DNA of 64,000 nt, taken from positions 18,228,001 through 18,292,000 of the forward strand of contig NC_043015.1 in the NCBI RefSeq assembly GCF_006345805.1, given 5' to 3'. The notes beneath the pieces were generated by a model. It saw only the letters and a program-made list of their open reading frames with translations. It did no database searches and was not told the origin of the DNA. Source of the stretch: Octopus sinensis (taxonomy: Eukaryota). Shown here piece after piece: positions 48,100 through 62,686 of this stretch (the first letter of the stretch is position 1; every line of letters begins with the position of its first letter). The translations under genes were made by a program, and so were the position numbers.

Positions 48100-51000
48100 G
48101 CTAAGAGCAAATTCCAATGAAGAAAAATTTTAAACGATTGACGCACAAATGGAAACAGAAATTTCAAAAACAACCAAAGGCTGAGAAAACAATATTAAAC
48201 TTTGGAGAGAAAAATGTGAAAGCAAGGAATTAACATCTCTTCTATGATGGGAGAGAAGTGCTCGTTGGTCCTCCAATTATGAATCTCATTTCAAAAATGA
48301 GTATTCTACAAAGAACCCATTCCTGAAGAAAGTTAAAATCCACAAACACCATTTGCCACAGATTAATCAAACACCCAATATGGAAATTATAGTCACCAAT
48401 TTCATAAGGTCAATTCAAGACTACTTCGACAAAATAATCCAACTAAAAGAATTGAAGTTTTTCCTCTGACTAGTCTGAACTTACCCCAAACCAAAGACAT
48501 ACACAATAGATAAAAAATATCAACTTGAAAGACAATTACAGAAAGAAACAACCACAATCCAGAACAAAATCAATACAAAAGAAGACAAGTTATTAGAAAA
48601 ATGTCCTTGCATATATAAATAATAATAAAAGGAAAACTTTGGAAAATCATCTTTTAGATCCAACCAACAGAGTTCTCAATACCAAATGGTACAAACTGAA
48701 GATAATTAACCTATCCAAAAACACTCTCTCAGTAGAAGAAATTAATATTTTGTCAAAAGGCCTAATATTTACTCCAACACCACAATATCCTAACTCCAAT
48801 GAAATACAGAATGTTATTTTACAGTTCTATAGAAAACTACACCTAACAGAGGAATTGTATGATAAAGAAAACAGGGATAAATCAATTGTAAGAAACAAGA
48901 GCAATTACAAGAAAGGTAAGAATAAAGCTTTAGATAAATTTTGTGATTTTATATCTACTTTCCCTTCAAAGGACTTCCACACCTTAAAATCAAGTCCAAT
49001 ACCAGACAAAAGGAATGGGATATTATACATGAACTGAAAAATATTAAAGACATTATAATTAAGGAAGCAGATAAGGGAAGTGCTATAGTTATTATTGATA
49101 TTGAACATTACAAAAGAGATATACTATCTATATTACAAGATATGACCCACTACAAAAAGGTAAATAATTACCAAAAATCAAAGACAATGACTAAACTCAT
49201 TCACAGACATCAAAAAGGTTTAACAAACAAAGACTGTGACTACCTAACCCATTCTGATTGCAAGACAAGCTACTTCTACAGTCTTCCAAAAATCTACAAG
49301 AATCAAACTATTAAGAATGCAAGTAAAGAACCAACTTCAAGTTGCATAAACATACAATATTCCACAACCTTTAATTTAGACCAATCATAGCAGGTCCGAA
49401 CTGTGAAACACACAGACTCAGCAACTTTTTAGATATATTGCTGAAACCTATTTTAAAATACACACCAGGTCTTGTAAGGGATGACCTGGGCCAGTTAAAC
49501 CACTCTCCAAAATCCATAAACAATGATACCACTATTGTATCTTTTGCTGTGGTAAACCTCTATATCATAATTCCACACCAATATGGCTTGAGAAATTCCC
49601 TCATGAAATTCCAGACAGAAGTGAAATGAGTTTCATCACTGAAAGATTAAAGTTTAACAACTTTTTTGACTTTGATGGCAATATTTACAAACAAATATCT
49701 GGGACTGTGATGATGACAAAAGTTGCTCTGACTTACGCCAATCTAGTCTTGGCATACAAGGAGGTTCAGATATACGAACAATCTAAATTAAAATATGGCT
49801 TGAACTTCTACAAATATCTATTAGAAAACTGGAAATGTTACTTAGATGTTTGCTTAATCCTTTGGATGCACACATCTCAGCAAATTATAGATTTCAAAAA
49901 TCTAATCAACACCATAAACAATAATATTAACTTTACCATGGAATACAGTAAAACTCAACTACCATTCCTGGATAAAATAGTCATCAAAAGATAAAAACAT
50001 TGAAACATATTTACTACAAAAAAACAGATTCTAAACAATACTTACTGTTCTCCTCATGCCATCCCAAACACAAAAAATAATATTCCCTTTAATCTAGCAA
50101 GAAGAATCTGCATGACTGTCTCAAACTCTGAAACTCACAGTAAAAGACTCTAGGAACTAAAACAAGTACTACTTAAAAGACAATATCCATTAATGTTAAT
50201 AAACAACAAAATAGAATGTGCCAAAGCAATAAATATCGAAGAACTACGAAAAAATGAAAAATGCTCCAGATACAACCAATATTCTACCCTTTATTACAAC
50301 ACACAACCCAAGAAACACAGAGGTTTATGATATTATCTACCAGAACATTTCACTACCAAAACAATACCCAAGAATGAAACAAGCATTTGAAATACACAAA
50401 ATAATCAAAAGTACCGTAAATCCTTGAGTATAGTCCGCCCTTGAGTATAATACGCAGGGGATTTTTAGGGGGCTGTACTACTGAAAAACCTAAACCATGT
50501 GTATAATACGCACCCTTTCTCTAACTTGAGTCAAGGAGGTCTATATAACGTCCTTGGTTTGTAAAAATGTATACAGTTACGTCCTTTATTATTGTCGTCT
50601 TTATCTTTGGTATCTGTTTAATTTCATCTTTATTTCTTCTCCATAACCTGATATTGCTTTCATCAACATCAAATTTTCTTCCGGTGGCCCTATTACCATG
50701 CTCTTCAGCATATGATATAACTTCAAGTTTAAATATAGCTGAATAAGATCTACGAGGCAATTTATGGGCATGTAATGTATAAAATGTTTTATTGAAGATT
50801 AATGTACAGGTTTAAGTCCCGCTTATAAAAAACCCTAGTAAAGACCCACAGTAGTTCAAACATTTAATACTAGTATTTAATTAAGTATCTATTGTTTGCC
50901 ATGGTAATGATGCAAACTGCCAATATAAACAGCAGGATGAACTATTTAGCACTAAACTATTAAGCACAATTCATGTGTAATTAAGCCAGCAGTACCTAGT

Positions 51001-51560
51001 CGAACAAACACTTCCGTGCATGTGTAATACAATAATGTTATATGGGAATGTAAATATGTTTGCAAATTGTTTTTGTTACATGTTATTTTGTGTTCGGAAT
51101 ACTTTTATTTTAATAAATGTTGCTTACTGCAAGTTATGGATAATTCTTTTGTGATTTCATTGCTTTCAAGCTTAGCTTAAGGTATTTTCACGCCTGACAT
51201 CACAAAATGCGTCTGAATAAACATTGCCAGACAGCAAATAGAGATGTTGCTTAAAAAATATTTTTCATTTTTAACATCATATATAGTACGCACTAGGGAA
51301 TTTGACCTTTAAATTTTTGGAAAAAAATGCGGATTATAGTCTAGGATTTATGGTAAAAAACAATTAAAGTCCCTCAAAAAATTCTTGAGTGCTAAATTAC
51401 CTTCCAAAATTCCTATACCAACAGTCAAAAAGAGTGGCCACCCCAATTGCAGGACTTGCATCAACCTTATTGAAGACTCAACATACAAATTCAAACCAGG
51501 ATAGATTTTTACTGTAAAAAATCATTTTACATGTTCTTCAAGGAATTTAATATACACTAT
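48100..51560 (+). mobile_element. Penelope-like retroelement (RT plus start of GIY-YIG), degraded, interrupted by pogo element
   Basis: IINLSKNTLSVEEINILSKGLIFTPTP; IIIKEADKGSA; YFYSLPKIYK; NFFDFDGNIYKQISG...TYANLVL; QLPFLD; HPKH..NNIPFNLARRIC; after insertion KQLKSLKKFL...CRTCINL...RNLIYTI. Confidence 0.88.
50414..51353 (-). mobile_element. Internally deleted pogo-like DNA transposon retaining a Brinker-type DNA-binding domain ORF (50521-50760)
   Basis: TIRs CCGTAAATCCTTGAGTATAGTCCG / CGGATTATAGTCTAGGATTTATGG, TA TSD (50412-13, 51354-55); MPRRSYSAIFKLEVISYAEEHGNRATGRKFDVDESNIRLWRR. Confidence 0.88.
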
Positions 51561-52174
51561 CCCACCAGGCAGATTAATTTTGGAGTGTTTTGATTGTAAC
51601 TAAACATGTTCACTCAACCTGTTTTGTTTTTAGGCACAAAATATACATAACACTAACACATGGATGTAGTGGGAAAGTACAAAATATTATAAACTTAATC
51701 ATGCATTCATTCTTCACAAACACTGACAGAAAACATTCAGAATATTGATTGTTTGGACATGTTCAGTCAACCATGTCAGCCTTAGCTTAGATGCCAAACA
51801 TCATCACTTGATACTAACACATAGTGGGGAAGCTACAAAAGTTTCTAAGACCAGTCATGTGACTATCCTCTACCAACCAAATTCTATTCAAAACATATAC
51901 TAACTTGAGCTATGAACTTCCTATAAAAATCAGGCAAGCTTCAGACACTAATCAGAAGCAAGACAGCTGCGACATAACCCACATCTTTCTATTTCAACTT
52001 TTGAAAATCAGTGTAAACTGCAAAACCAGTTAAAGCTTTAAATATATTTTTAAAATATTTTAAGTATTCTCAGAGCATTTTCAACTTCTGTTTTTCCTAT
52101 ATTTCTATCCATGTGGAATAAAATAACTGTGTTTTCTCTGTGTGTGTGTATATATATATATATATATTATATAT

Positions 52175-52225
<51 letters not shown>

Positions 52226-52379
52226 GCATGTATACACACACACACACACATACATATGAATGTTTGCATATCTATCTATATATGTGCATGAGTGTATGTA
52301 TATTTGAATCTTTGTCTTGATATAACATATTTGTAAATGAGTGTCACTGTCATACAAATAATGTTATTCATTTTCATCT

Positions 52380-54087
52380 ATAAGACGTACCCAGTGTAAG
52401 CTATGGACACATAAGAGGTACAGCAATATCAAAGGAAAGCTAACTGGGCAGATACTCAGGAGCAATAAACACTGAAAATGTGCAGAGAACAACTTCTGCC
52501 ACATTCCAGGGAGAAAAATTAGAAGTAGATGATAGCTTCCATTACCTAGGTAACCAAGTCAGTAATGGGGGTGGGTGCTCTGAAAGTGTAGCTACCAGAA
52601 TAAGAATAGCCTGGGCAAAGTTCAGAGAGCTCTCACCTCTGCTGGTGACAAAGGGCCTCTCACTCGGAGTAAAAGGTAGACTGTATGATACATGTGTACT
52701 AACAGCCATGCTACATGGAAGTGAAACATGGGCTGTGACTGCTGAGGACATGCATAAGCTCGCAAGGAATGAAGCCAATATGCTCTGCTGGATGTGTAAT
52801 GTCAGTGTGCATACTCGACAGAGTGTAAGTACCTTGAGAGAAAAGTTGCACCTAAGAAGTATTAGATGTGGTGTGCAAGAGGGACGACTGCACTGGTATG
52901 GTCATGTGGTGAGAATGGATGGGGATAGTTGTGTGAAAAAGTGCCACACCCTAGCGGTTGAGGGAACTTGAAGGAAGAGGCATACCCAGGAAGACTTGGG
53001 ATGAGGTGGTGAAGCACAACCTTAGAACATTAGGCTTTACTGAGGCAATGACTAGGTCTTTTATTTGTTTCAGTCATTTGACTGCGGCCATGCTGGAGCA
53101 CTGCCTATTAGTTGAGCAAATCAACCCCAGGACTTATTCTTTGTAAGCCTAGTACTTATTCTATCAGTCTCTCTTGCTGAACCGCTAAGTGATGGGGATG
53201 TAAACACACCAGCATCGGTTGTCAAGCGATGTTGGGGGGACAAACACAAACACACAAACATACACACACACACACACAGATATACATATATATATATATG
53301 ACGAGCTTCTTTCAGTTTCTGTCTGCCAAATCCACTCACAAGGCTTTGGTCAGCCCAAGGCTATAGAAGAAGACACTTGCCTAAGGTGCCACGCAGTGGG
53401 ACTGAACCCGGAACCATGTAGTTGCTAAGCAAGCTACTTACCACACAGCCACTCCTTCACCTAGTAACTGAGACCTTTGGAAATATGCTGTGCTTGAGAA
53501 GACCGGCAAGCCAAGTGAGACCATAACCTATGGCCTATACCAGGGGTGTAACCAGCCCACTTATGCATACCTTTCCTTCATTGGACACTAAACTCTACTT
53601 GCGAAGACCTGTTGAAACAAGTGAAATCGAAATCAAATTCAATGGCTAGCGGAGTGTTAAGAGCATGATCTGAGTGTGATTGTTGCCAGAGCAGCTGACT
53701 GGCTTCCATGCCAGTGGCATGTAAAAAGCACCATTCGAGTGCGATCGTTACCAGTGTCGCATTACTGGCATTTGGGCTGGTGGCATGTGAAAAAATATTC
53801 AAGTGAGGTCGTTGCCAATGCTGCTAGGCTGGTTCCTGTGCAGCTGGCACGTAAAAAACACCATTTGAGCATGGCCCTTGCCAGTACTGCCTGACTGGCC
53901 CTCATGCCGGTGGCATATAAAAGCACCCACTACACTCTTGGAGTGGTTGGCGTTAGGAAGGACATCCAGCTGTAGAAATTCTGCCCGGTCAGATTAGAAC
54001 CTTGTGCAGCCATCTAGCTTGCCAGTTCTCAGTCAAATCATCCAACCCATGCCAGCATGGAAAGCGGACGTTAAACGATGATGATGA
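52380..54087 (+). mobile_element. 5'-truncated RTE-X-type LINE (family of 12147-13712), split by a SINE
   Basis: LEVDDSFHYLGNQV...RLYDTCVLTAMLHGSETW...RLHWYGHVVRM; tail ccaacccatgccagcatggaaagcggacgttaaacgatgatgatg. Confidence 0.88.
53056..53460 (-). mobile_element. tRNA-derived SINE (family of 14537-14938)
   Basis: Near-collinear with 14537-14938; CTAG flanks both sides (possible short TSD). Confidence 0.85.
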
Positions 54088-54774
54088 AACCAGAGGGTAC
54101 ATTTGGTCAGTAGCCAGAGTAATTCCAGCTTAGGTAGCAAATGCTAGAAGTGCTACCTTTCAAAAACTCATAGTTGGAACTCAGATCTCAAAATCAAGCC
54201 TCAATACAAGGTACCTTGCATGTCCTTTTCAGCTACATTCTTCAACTATTTGCTGGTGGATGCATGGTCAGGCTACTGAGCTTTGCTTGCATCTTGATAC
54301 AAAAGTGTTATAGGCAATATCACAAACCTACAACCATTACTTGTTTCCAGTGGTTTTGTTATCGTTTTGTGTTACAGCTTAGGATTAAGTGGTGTGTTGT
54401 AGATATTTCTGTCCATTTGACAGTATTCAAGTCAAACCCTACATTTCCCTGAGTGTGCTTTTACTGAGTGTCTGGGGCAGCTAATATGTTACTGTGAAAA
54501 ATTATAGTACTCAGAGCAAACCCTACCGACTTGTATTCAAAAAGTGAATGATGGAAAATGGCCTTGTCTCTGTGTTATCCATTGGCTACTATTCATGATG
54601 GCAATAACTGAAAGAAACATTCAGGGCTAGATCTGTGGATTGTGGCTAGTCGTTTAACTAATTACAAGTGTGCCACTCAGAGCTTACCTAGACCTACGCA
54701 ACAACACATACAGAGAAAAACACTAGCTTTGCCATAAATTAAAATCAACCAGAATATGCATCACACATATTTCT

Positions 54775-55000
54775 TCAACCATTTAGTATTCAGATTAATC
54801 TGTCAAATGTAATGCTTACATATTCACATTGTTTTGAATTAATCATGAATTATCTTGCAGCTTGAGATTTTGACAATGTGATTGTTTAATTTTAGAATGA
54901 CCTTGTAGGGTATGTGGGAGAGGCTGGGCCTGGCCAGTTTAAATATAAAACAAGCAGGGTATTTGAGCCAGAGATGGTCAGTTTAAATGCAAAAGGACAA
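54775..55000. mobile_element. piggyBac-like MITE (reverse orientation relative to 16875-17059)
   Basis: aaccatttagtattcagattaatctgtcaaat...ttgtagggt...cagtttaaatgcaaaagg. Confidence 0.55.
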
Positions 55001-56131
55001 ATGCTGAGGAGTCTACAACCAAAAGTTTAGTCCATTAATTAAAGATGCAAAATGAAAAAGCAACAACAAAATTAAGCCCCTAATATACACACAGCAGAAA
55101 TGATGTGACAAATGGAATAGTCCACTTTGAAGGCTTGACTATTCCAGTAAGACCTCATCTGTAAGGCCAAAACAAACTAAAGGCAGTGCTCCAGCACAGT
55201 TTTGGTTATCATACTATCAGAAAACTAAAAATTTTATTCAACCTAAACTCACAAACTCTTAATACAGGTCACACAGGTATAGCAGGATCATACAGGTTTT
55301 GATATTTCTTGCCACAGCAATGACACATAAGCTCAATATTCATTTAAAAGGTAGAAAAGGCACAAGTATTATTTGATATTGTTAGTATGAAAATCACAAT
55401 GAACTCAAAAGATCTGTGATCCAGAAGTCTGAAATATAACATATAAATGAAGAGATATAACACAGCATTGATCACAATTGTAGACTATTTTATCCTATCA
55501 TCCAGAACATTATAAATTATGGTTTTACTTTACACAAGGGAAGAGAGATAGTCAATCAAACAAATTTCCTTATGGTACCAGTATTTTATGGAGTTTTCAG
55601 GAATTTTCATTTCTTTCAGAAAAACAAAATTGACTCCTAGTAGTCTTCAATATAGAACCAACAAAATTTATTAGAAATACACACTGCTCCCAAGATATCA
55701 ATGTAAAATAATTTTTCTTTAACGTCATCACATATATTATTGGAAGTAGGTGTGTAAATTGCATATGTGAGTCGTTGTGGTGTGTATTTTGTAAAAGATC
55801 AATATCAAGGCAAAAGAAAATTTAATGTGGTTTAGAAAGCAAACTTCAATAAATATTCAATTATGATAATGAGGCTACAAACTTATAGGAGATGGCACAG
55901 TTGATTTAATTAATGTTAGTACTTGACTGGTACTTACTTTATAGAAGGATGAAAGGTAAAATTGTTTCTGGAGGGGTTTGAACTAAGACCATAAGGAGAT
56001 GGAAACACTGACATTTTGCCTGCAGTTCTATAAGTGCTGCCTTACTGATTTCCACTGATTTTTCATTGTCTTCTTTTTATAAACTATGATGCTTCACTAA
56101 ATTTTAAAATCTTCAAAGTTTTATAGATTTA

Positions 56132-57060
56132 TGAATGGTATCAAAAAGTTCCCGGACTAGATATGTTTAATAACAAATAGCTTATTTACCTAAGTTTTAA
56201 AATCATCTCCTTCAAAATAGTCACCTTGTGCAGCACTACACTGGTCTCAGCGTTCCTACCACTTTTGGAATGTGGCCTGGAAGTTGCTTTCCATAAGTGA
56301 GTCGAGGACCTTCTGCGATTCACTTTGGATCTTGACAACGGTGTTAAAATGGCAACCTTTGAGATACATTTACATCTTGTGGAAAAGATGGAAGTCCACA
56401 GGTGTTGAATCTGGTGGATAGGGCAGGTGTGGAAATGATACCATGTTGTTTTTGGTGAGAAACTCAAGAGTGAGGAGAGCTTGATGATGGTGCATTGTTG
56501 TCATGAAGAATCCAATTCTTTGCCTTCCACAGATCTGGTCACTTTCACCAAATGTCTTCCCTCAAGTGCTTCAAGATGTCGCAGTAGAACTCTCGATTGA
56601 TGGTCTGAATTCTCAATGCACAATACTGCGGACCCCAAAAACAATTATGAGCATACTCTTGACTGATTTGTGGCTCTGTCATGCCTTCTTTGGCCATGAA
56701 AATGAAAGGCTCTTCAACTGTGATAACTACTGCTTTGTCTCAGGGTTGAACCTGTAGATCCAACACTCATGACTGGTCATGATCCTCAACATGAAGGATG
56801 GGTCACCAGCAGCACACTGACAGAGATCTTGACAGAGTTCGATGGAATGTTCTTTTTGCAGGCGGGGGACAAACTTGGCAGAGACATGCCACATGTTCAA
56901 TTCAGTCATTAGGATTGCCTGCACAGACCTATATGACAGACCAACAACACCAGCAATGTTGTGGATTGCCCTCCAATGATCCTCACACACAAGCTGATGA
57001 ATTTCCTCCACATTTCCAGGAGTGATGCTCATAATAGGTCTTCCAGATTACTCATTATCT
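56132..57060 (-). mobile_element. Degraded mariner transposon
   Basis: TIR-like TA|TGAATGGTATCAAAAAGTTCCCGGACTAG; WHVSAKFVPR, TSHECWIYRFNPETKQ, LHDNNAP; frameshifts. Confidence 0.8.
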
Positions 57061-58915
57061 AAAACATGCTAAAACATACTCTATGTCTCTGTAGCAAACT
57101 TCCCAAATTTAATGCAAAATTTCACATTGGCTCTTTGTTCCAACTTCCTGGTGATAACAAAATCGCCTTTTTATTTTGAAATACCGACACTTGTCTGATG
57201 CCAACTTTCTGGATGTTTTTAAACTCATCCATTTCATTTGTGCATGTGTGGATGCATGTTAAAAAAAAAAACAAGCAAACAATACTTTGAACAAATGCAG
57301 GGTGACCTTCGTGTGGTCACTCAGCCTGCTAGAAATAACAGCAAAATACCCTTCAAACCACACACCACTGTTTTCTTATAAAATGAAAGAGACATTGGGT
57401 AATATAGACCAAGATATGAAGATTATGATCCTGAAAAAGAATTTTTCAATTTTCTACTTCTTAAGCCCTTTTACTGTCTTTTGGAATAATGGTACATACC
57501 CAATAGAAATAAAGAATGCAGAAGCACAATTGTTCTCCAACTTAGAGATACCAGTTCTCCACTCAACAAAAATATTAATGAAATTAGTACTGCCAATCTT
57601 ATGAGAAACACTGCATTAGCACCTTGTAGACATTCACTATTGCACACTCAGCCTGCCTTCCTTCCTTCCTTCCTTCCTACAGGGAAGCTTCCCATACTCA
57701 GATTCTTATGCAATTTCACTTTGCTCCTTTGGACAATATAGATATACAAAAAACACTGACAAAATCTTTAAAATCAACACAAAAAGCCACCTAACCCTTG
57801 AGACCAAAATAGTAATTTAATAAGTTTCAATCTTGTCAATTTGTTAAATTGAAGAATCATGATACTTCTCAATCTACAGATTCTTCACTTGGCTGGCTTG
57901 TTCCTTTTTGTCAATCATTTCATTCACATGCAGGATACATTATAGTTGTATTTCTTGTAAGGGATATGTGAGGATTGAAAAAAGGAGCAAACAAACCATC
58001 ATATTTAATAAAATTAAAATGATTAAAAATTTTAAAACTTGTCCAACATGGCAAAGAAAAGAATTATATGGAGGCAAACTGTTTCATCTTATTTAAAAAG
58101 AGAGAGAGAATAAAAAAAATGTCCCTAATATTTTAGTGGGGGAAGGGTGTTGATATTTGTCAGTTTGAAAACTGCTACATTATAGCTAAAGCAGAGAACC
58201 ATTTCAATACCAGAGGTGAACTGAAATTGCATAACAACCTCGAGAACACTTCCATGTTGGTGGAAATGAAGGCTGACAGTACAATAATGGAAGTTTACAA
58301 TATGCTAATGTAATATTTCTCAGAAGAATGGTAGTTCTTTCTAGGTGGGTCACTAATTAAAAAAGTGCAAAGAAATTAGCATTTTTAAAAAAGTTAAAAT
58401 GATTCAAAACTTTTAATACTTGCTCAAAATACCATGGGAAAGAAAGCAGAATTATGTGGATGTAAACTCTTTTTGCTTTCTCTTTGATATGGGAGTGAAG
58501 TCAAAAAATTTCCATAATATTTTGTGGTTGTGTGGTGGAGCTGCTACTTGTAAGTTAGAAAACAACTTTATTTTTATTAGATAGGTGTTGTTATTCTGAA
58601 AGGAGAAGGGGTGATTTAAGATGTAGAAATAAAAAAATTTTTTTTCCAGACTCATAATCTCTGTATTTATGTACACCTTGAACTATTGTCCAATGTGTCC
58701 TTCATTTTAAACAATAAAAGTGTGTCATTTGAAGAAGATTTTGCTGTTATTTCTAGCATACTGAGCAATCACATTAAAGTTGCCTTTCTTTATTTGCTCA
58801 AATTCCTGGTTATTATTAAACATGTACTCATGCATATGTAAATGAAATAGACAAGTTTAAAAACTTAAGAACATTGGTTCTTGTGGGGACAAGATCATGC
58901 CAAAAGCCAGAAGTG

Positions 58916-59640
58916 CAGGGTATTCAGGCTAAATTTGACAATTTTTTATATCTCCTTTATTCAGAAACAGCTTGATGTATAGGTGAATAATCAATGGCAT
59001 TTAAGAACTTAAAGATTAAAGTTGTTGAGAAAAAGTTAGATGACATAGAAGACTGGAAGCTATTTGAATACTGGAAAAGAGTTACCTGCATCATGATTAG
59101 CACTGGGTTTCAAAATGCCAACATCATGACTACTGCTCAATGCTCTGTGAACATGGCAAAAGCTGTAAGATATGACATGGAGACCATGAAGCCATGGCCA
59201 GCAGGAAAGGACACAACAAAATTTCTGACTGCACTGCATGCCAGAACTCATCCAACAACAATAGGACAAAGTGATGGAAGATCTGAGCAAGGGAATCTGG
59301 GCTTTGGTGAGAGAGATGGGTGTTACCACCATGAAGCTGGCCTTGAATGAGGACCTTCATTACCATTTGTACAAAAATAGACAAGGAACAAATTCTGACA
59401 GCCAAAGCCAAAAAAAACTGCTTGATAAAGGCAAAAAAACCCCTCCAGAACAAGCTATGGGGCAAGGTTGAGAAAAATAGCAACGGTTTTGCCAAAAATA
59501 TCAAGGCTGAGCTGATGGCCAAGATCAGGGAGGTGTTCAAAGATATTCCCAGGAACATAGTGAGGAATACATACACCAGATCCAAGAGTTGTCTTGAGGC
59601 TGTGATGGGAGCTAAAGATGGATACTTTAAGTAAACTGGT
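58916..59640 (+). mobile_element. Internally deleted Tc1/mariner (maT/DD37D-like) relic
   Basis: CAGGGT TIR start; C-terminus KAELMAKIREVFKDIPRNIVRNTYTRSKSCLEAVMGAKDGYFK. Confidence 0.65.
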
Positions 59641-59990
59641 ACCTGCTGGCCAATATCCAGTTGATATTTTTTTATTTAAAAAAATACTTTTATTTCTTGG
59701 ATGGGATATTGTGTTGTTTTTTAATTTTTTATGCAAACAGTCAAATTTAGTTCAAACACCTTGTATGAATGAGTTAATTTTTGTAAAAAAAATGAAATTT
59801 TGAATCAATATTTTTTCAGAAACATAATCTCTGTATATTTAAATATGTAATTCCAGTAGAGTTAAAGCATAAAAAAATTATGGTGGGATGGGGGAAATTA
59901 GAATTTTTAAGAGCTGTTTTCTTGGCATAATTCATTGTTGAAAATGTAAGAAGCTAAAGAAATTAAAGAAAAACAACAAAAAACAATATA

Positions 59991-60660
59991 CAGGGTGTTT
60001 GGGATAAATTTGATGATTTCTTATGTCTCCTTTCTTCATGAACAGCTTGATGTATTGGTGAACAGTTAACAGTATTGAAAGCATAAAGACTGAAGTTGTA
60101 ATTGAGAAAAAGTTAGCAGACATAGAGCACTGGGAGCCAGCTGAATATTAGAAAAGAGTTGCCTGAATCATAATGATTTGCACTAAGTGTCAAAATGCTG
60201 ACTTCATGACTGCTTCTCAATGCTTTGTGAACATAGTAAAGGCTGTAAGATGTGACATGGACAGCTGCCATGGAGACTATGAATCTGTGACCAGCTAGAA
60301 AGGAGAAAGCACACATTCTATGTATGCATGCCAGAATTCATCATTGCATCTTTGAATAGGGACTTAGGCTCAATCCAGACAGCTATGTGAAGCTGCTGGA
60401 GACCGTGGTCAATCCGTGGTCAGAGAGAGTTGCTGCTGCAAAGCCATAGTGTGGCACCAGAATTTGGCTCCTTGCTGAATCCTTCAGAATTGGTTGGCAA
60501 AAAATTTCTATGACTTCACCAGCCCCAATTTTTGGCATCCTAATCCCCCTATTATAATCCATCCATTGGGTTACTATGTGTAGGGCATTGTTGAAAGACA
60601 CCAACTGCTCTGCCTTGCAACACCAAGGCTGAGCTGATGGCCAAGATTTGCGAGAATCTG
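59991..60660 (+). mobile_element. Second copy of the same maT-like relic
   Basis: TA|CAGGGTGTTTGGGATAAATTTG; collinear with 58916ff; degenerate DF..P.FL..*SPYYNP...CNTKAELMAKI. Confidence 0.6.
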
Positions 60661-61503
60661 AACATTTCAAATAACTTCAGTAGATGAAGAGAAATATATT
60701 AACTTATAAAATTAAAACTTTTAATATGTTCTGGCAGATTCAAATATGACTATTTGATTGCTTTAGATGATGTGCAAAGGGACTTCAAGACACTGGTGGG
60801 TTTTGAAGTCTGCTTACACTGATAATCATAAATGATATGAATACACATCATTTAAAGGGAGGAGGTGTTCTTTGTAGGTGAAAAGCAACAGCAATCAGAT
60901 ATTCATATTTGAACCTGCTAGAATGTATTGAGAATAAAGAGATATGCTATTGTTTGGATTCTTACAGTTCTGCCTGCACCCCATGTATTATTATCTATTT
61001 GTCTGATACCAACGAGGTTGCTTTGACTGAAGAGACACATAACAAGGTTGAAATATTGCTGTATCTCAAAATTTTCTTTCACTAGTGAATCGTGTCTTAT
61101 GAACATACATCATCTAAAGGGGAGAGGTAGTCTCCGTTGATGAAACAACAGTGATCAGTTGTTCACATTTGAGTCTGCCAGAATGTATTAAGAATGAAGA
61201 GATATGTTATTGTTTGGACTTTTGCTGTTCTGCATGCACCCACTGAATTATTTAATTTTTACTTTGTTAATAATAAATCAAACAAAACATACTTTCAGTA
61301 AATACTAATGTCAAGTTTTTGAGGAAATTGGGAAAATAAAATAATCAAGCACAAGGTTAAATTTAAAAACAAAACAAAAATTAAAAACCAAGCCACCCAA
61401 ATGCATAAAGGGAAACTGATTAGAGTCAAATGAAGAGGAGGAGCAGGAGGAGAGACTGGTTATTAGCTTGTTTTTTGAAATGACTCATGCCAAAAAAACA
61501 TAC

Positions 61504-61551
61504 CTGTAGCTTATTGAATGAGGATACAATGAAGAGCCATTATTAAACCAT
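61504..61551 (-). CDS. Possible 48-nt micro-exon (WFNNGSSLYPHSISY)
   Basis: TATTCAG| acceptor and CAG|GTATGT donor; only one open frame, and its phase does not join directly to the 62687 exon. Confidence 0.25.
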
Positions 61552-62686
61552 CTGAATATGTAGAAGATGTAATCATGTTATACTGTGATACTATCCGTAT
61601 GCAGGTGAGGGTGTTGATGTATTTGATAACACTTCTGTTGTGTACACACATGTATAAGTGTATATATGTGAGCACTCATGTGTGTGTGTGTATGTGTATG
61701 TGTGTGTGTGTGTATGTGTGTGTATGTGTGTGTGTGTGAGATAAAGGATGTAACATACTTGAAGTAATCAAAATTACACCAATAATGAACAGAAAAATTA
61801 TTAACTTTCATGATTAAATTTTGTTAAGACAGACAAAGGACATAACTCTGGGCATATTGAGAGAAAGGGCAATATGCTTATAGTGTGCATATGCATTCAA
61901 ACTGTAGACATATCTGTAGTGTGTGTATGAAAGAAATGTGTACAGATACAAGGAGGTAACTATCCATAATGTATCTGGTTGAAATTATAGTTGTGCAAAG
62001 CCTGGCACAGATTATATAGTATTCCCATTGTTGGTAACAGAAGCAGCATATGGCAGTGTACTGGTCAGAAGGATTCTTCTACATAATTGCTCCACTGACA
62101 ATGCTTATGTAACTTGCAGCTGATCATTGCCAATAAAACTAAGTACCTTTACCTTTTCTATAAACTACAGTGGGTGTCATCACAAAAGGTACTCAAAGAA
62201 TATGAAACTGATTACAATTGATTAAAATATCAGGAAAAACAAGCAGCAAGAGGAAACCAAAAAGAGAAAACAAAGGGAGATGACAATGATAACTGAAGTA
62301 GCAAAATCCCACTACATACACCACATAAAGTCTAGCTTTGAACAATTATCTCCAATAATTGCATTATAAAGCGATAAAGAAATAAAAGTTAAGTTTGGTA
62401 AAATTTGAATCAGGTGCTTTATAATAAAATTCAGCTGTTATTTTATGAGTTATCATTTTACAAATACATAGTATTAACTATTTATAATCCATTGTATTAC
62501 ACAATATTACATATTTACTTAGTGCTATCTATTGAAATAGCAACTATTTATTGCTATTGCAACATAACATTTCTGAAAGGGCCAGAATTTGAGATGAGAA
62601 AGAAAGTAATTACAGAAAGGTCTACTGAGACTTGTGAAAGAATAAATATAGCTTAGTAACAGTAATGAGAATAAAGACAAACATAC

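Noticed and set aside
58200-58360. Minus-strand exon candidate after a ttaattag acceptor
   Set aside because: No convincing donor and no recognisable peptide.
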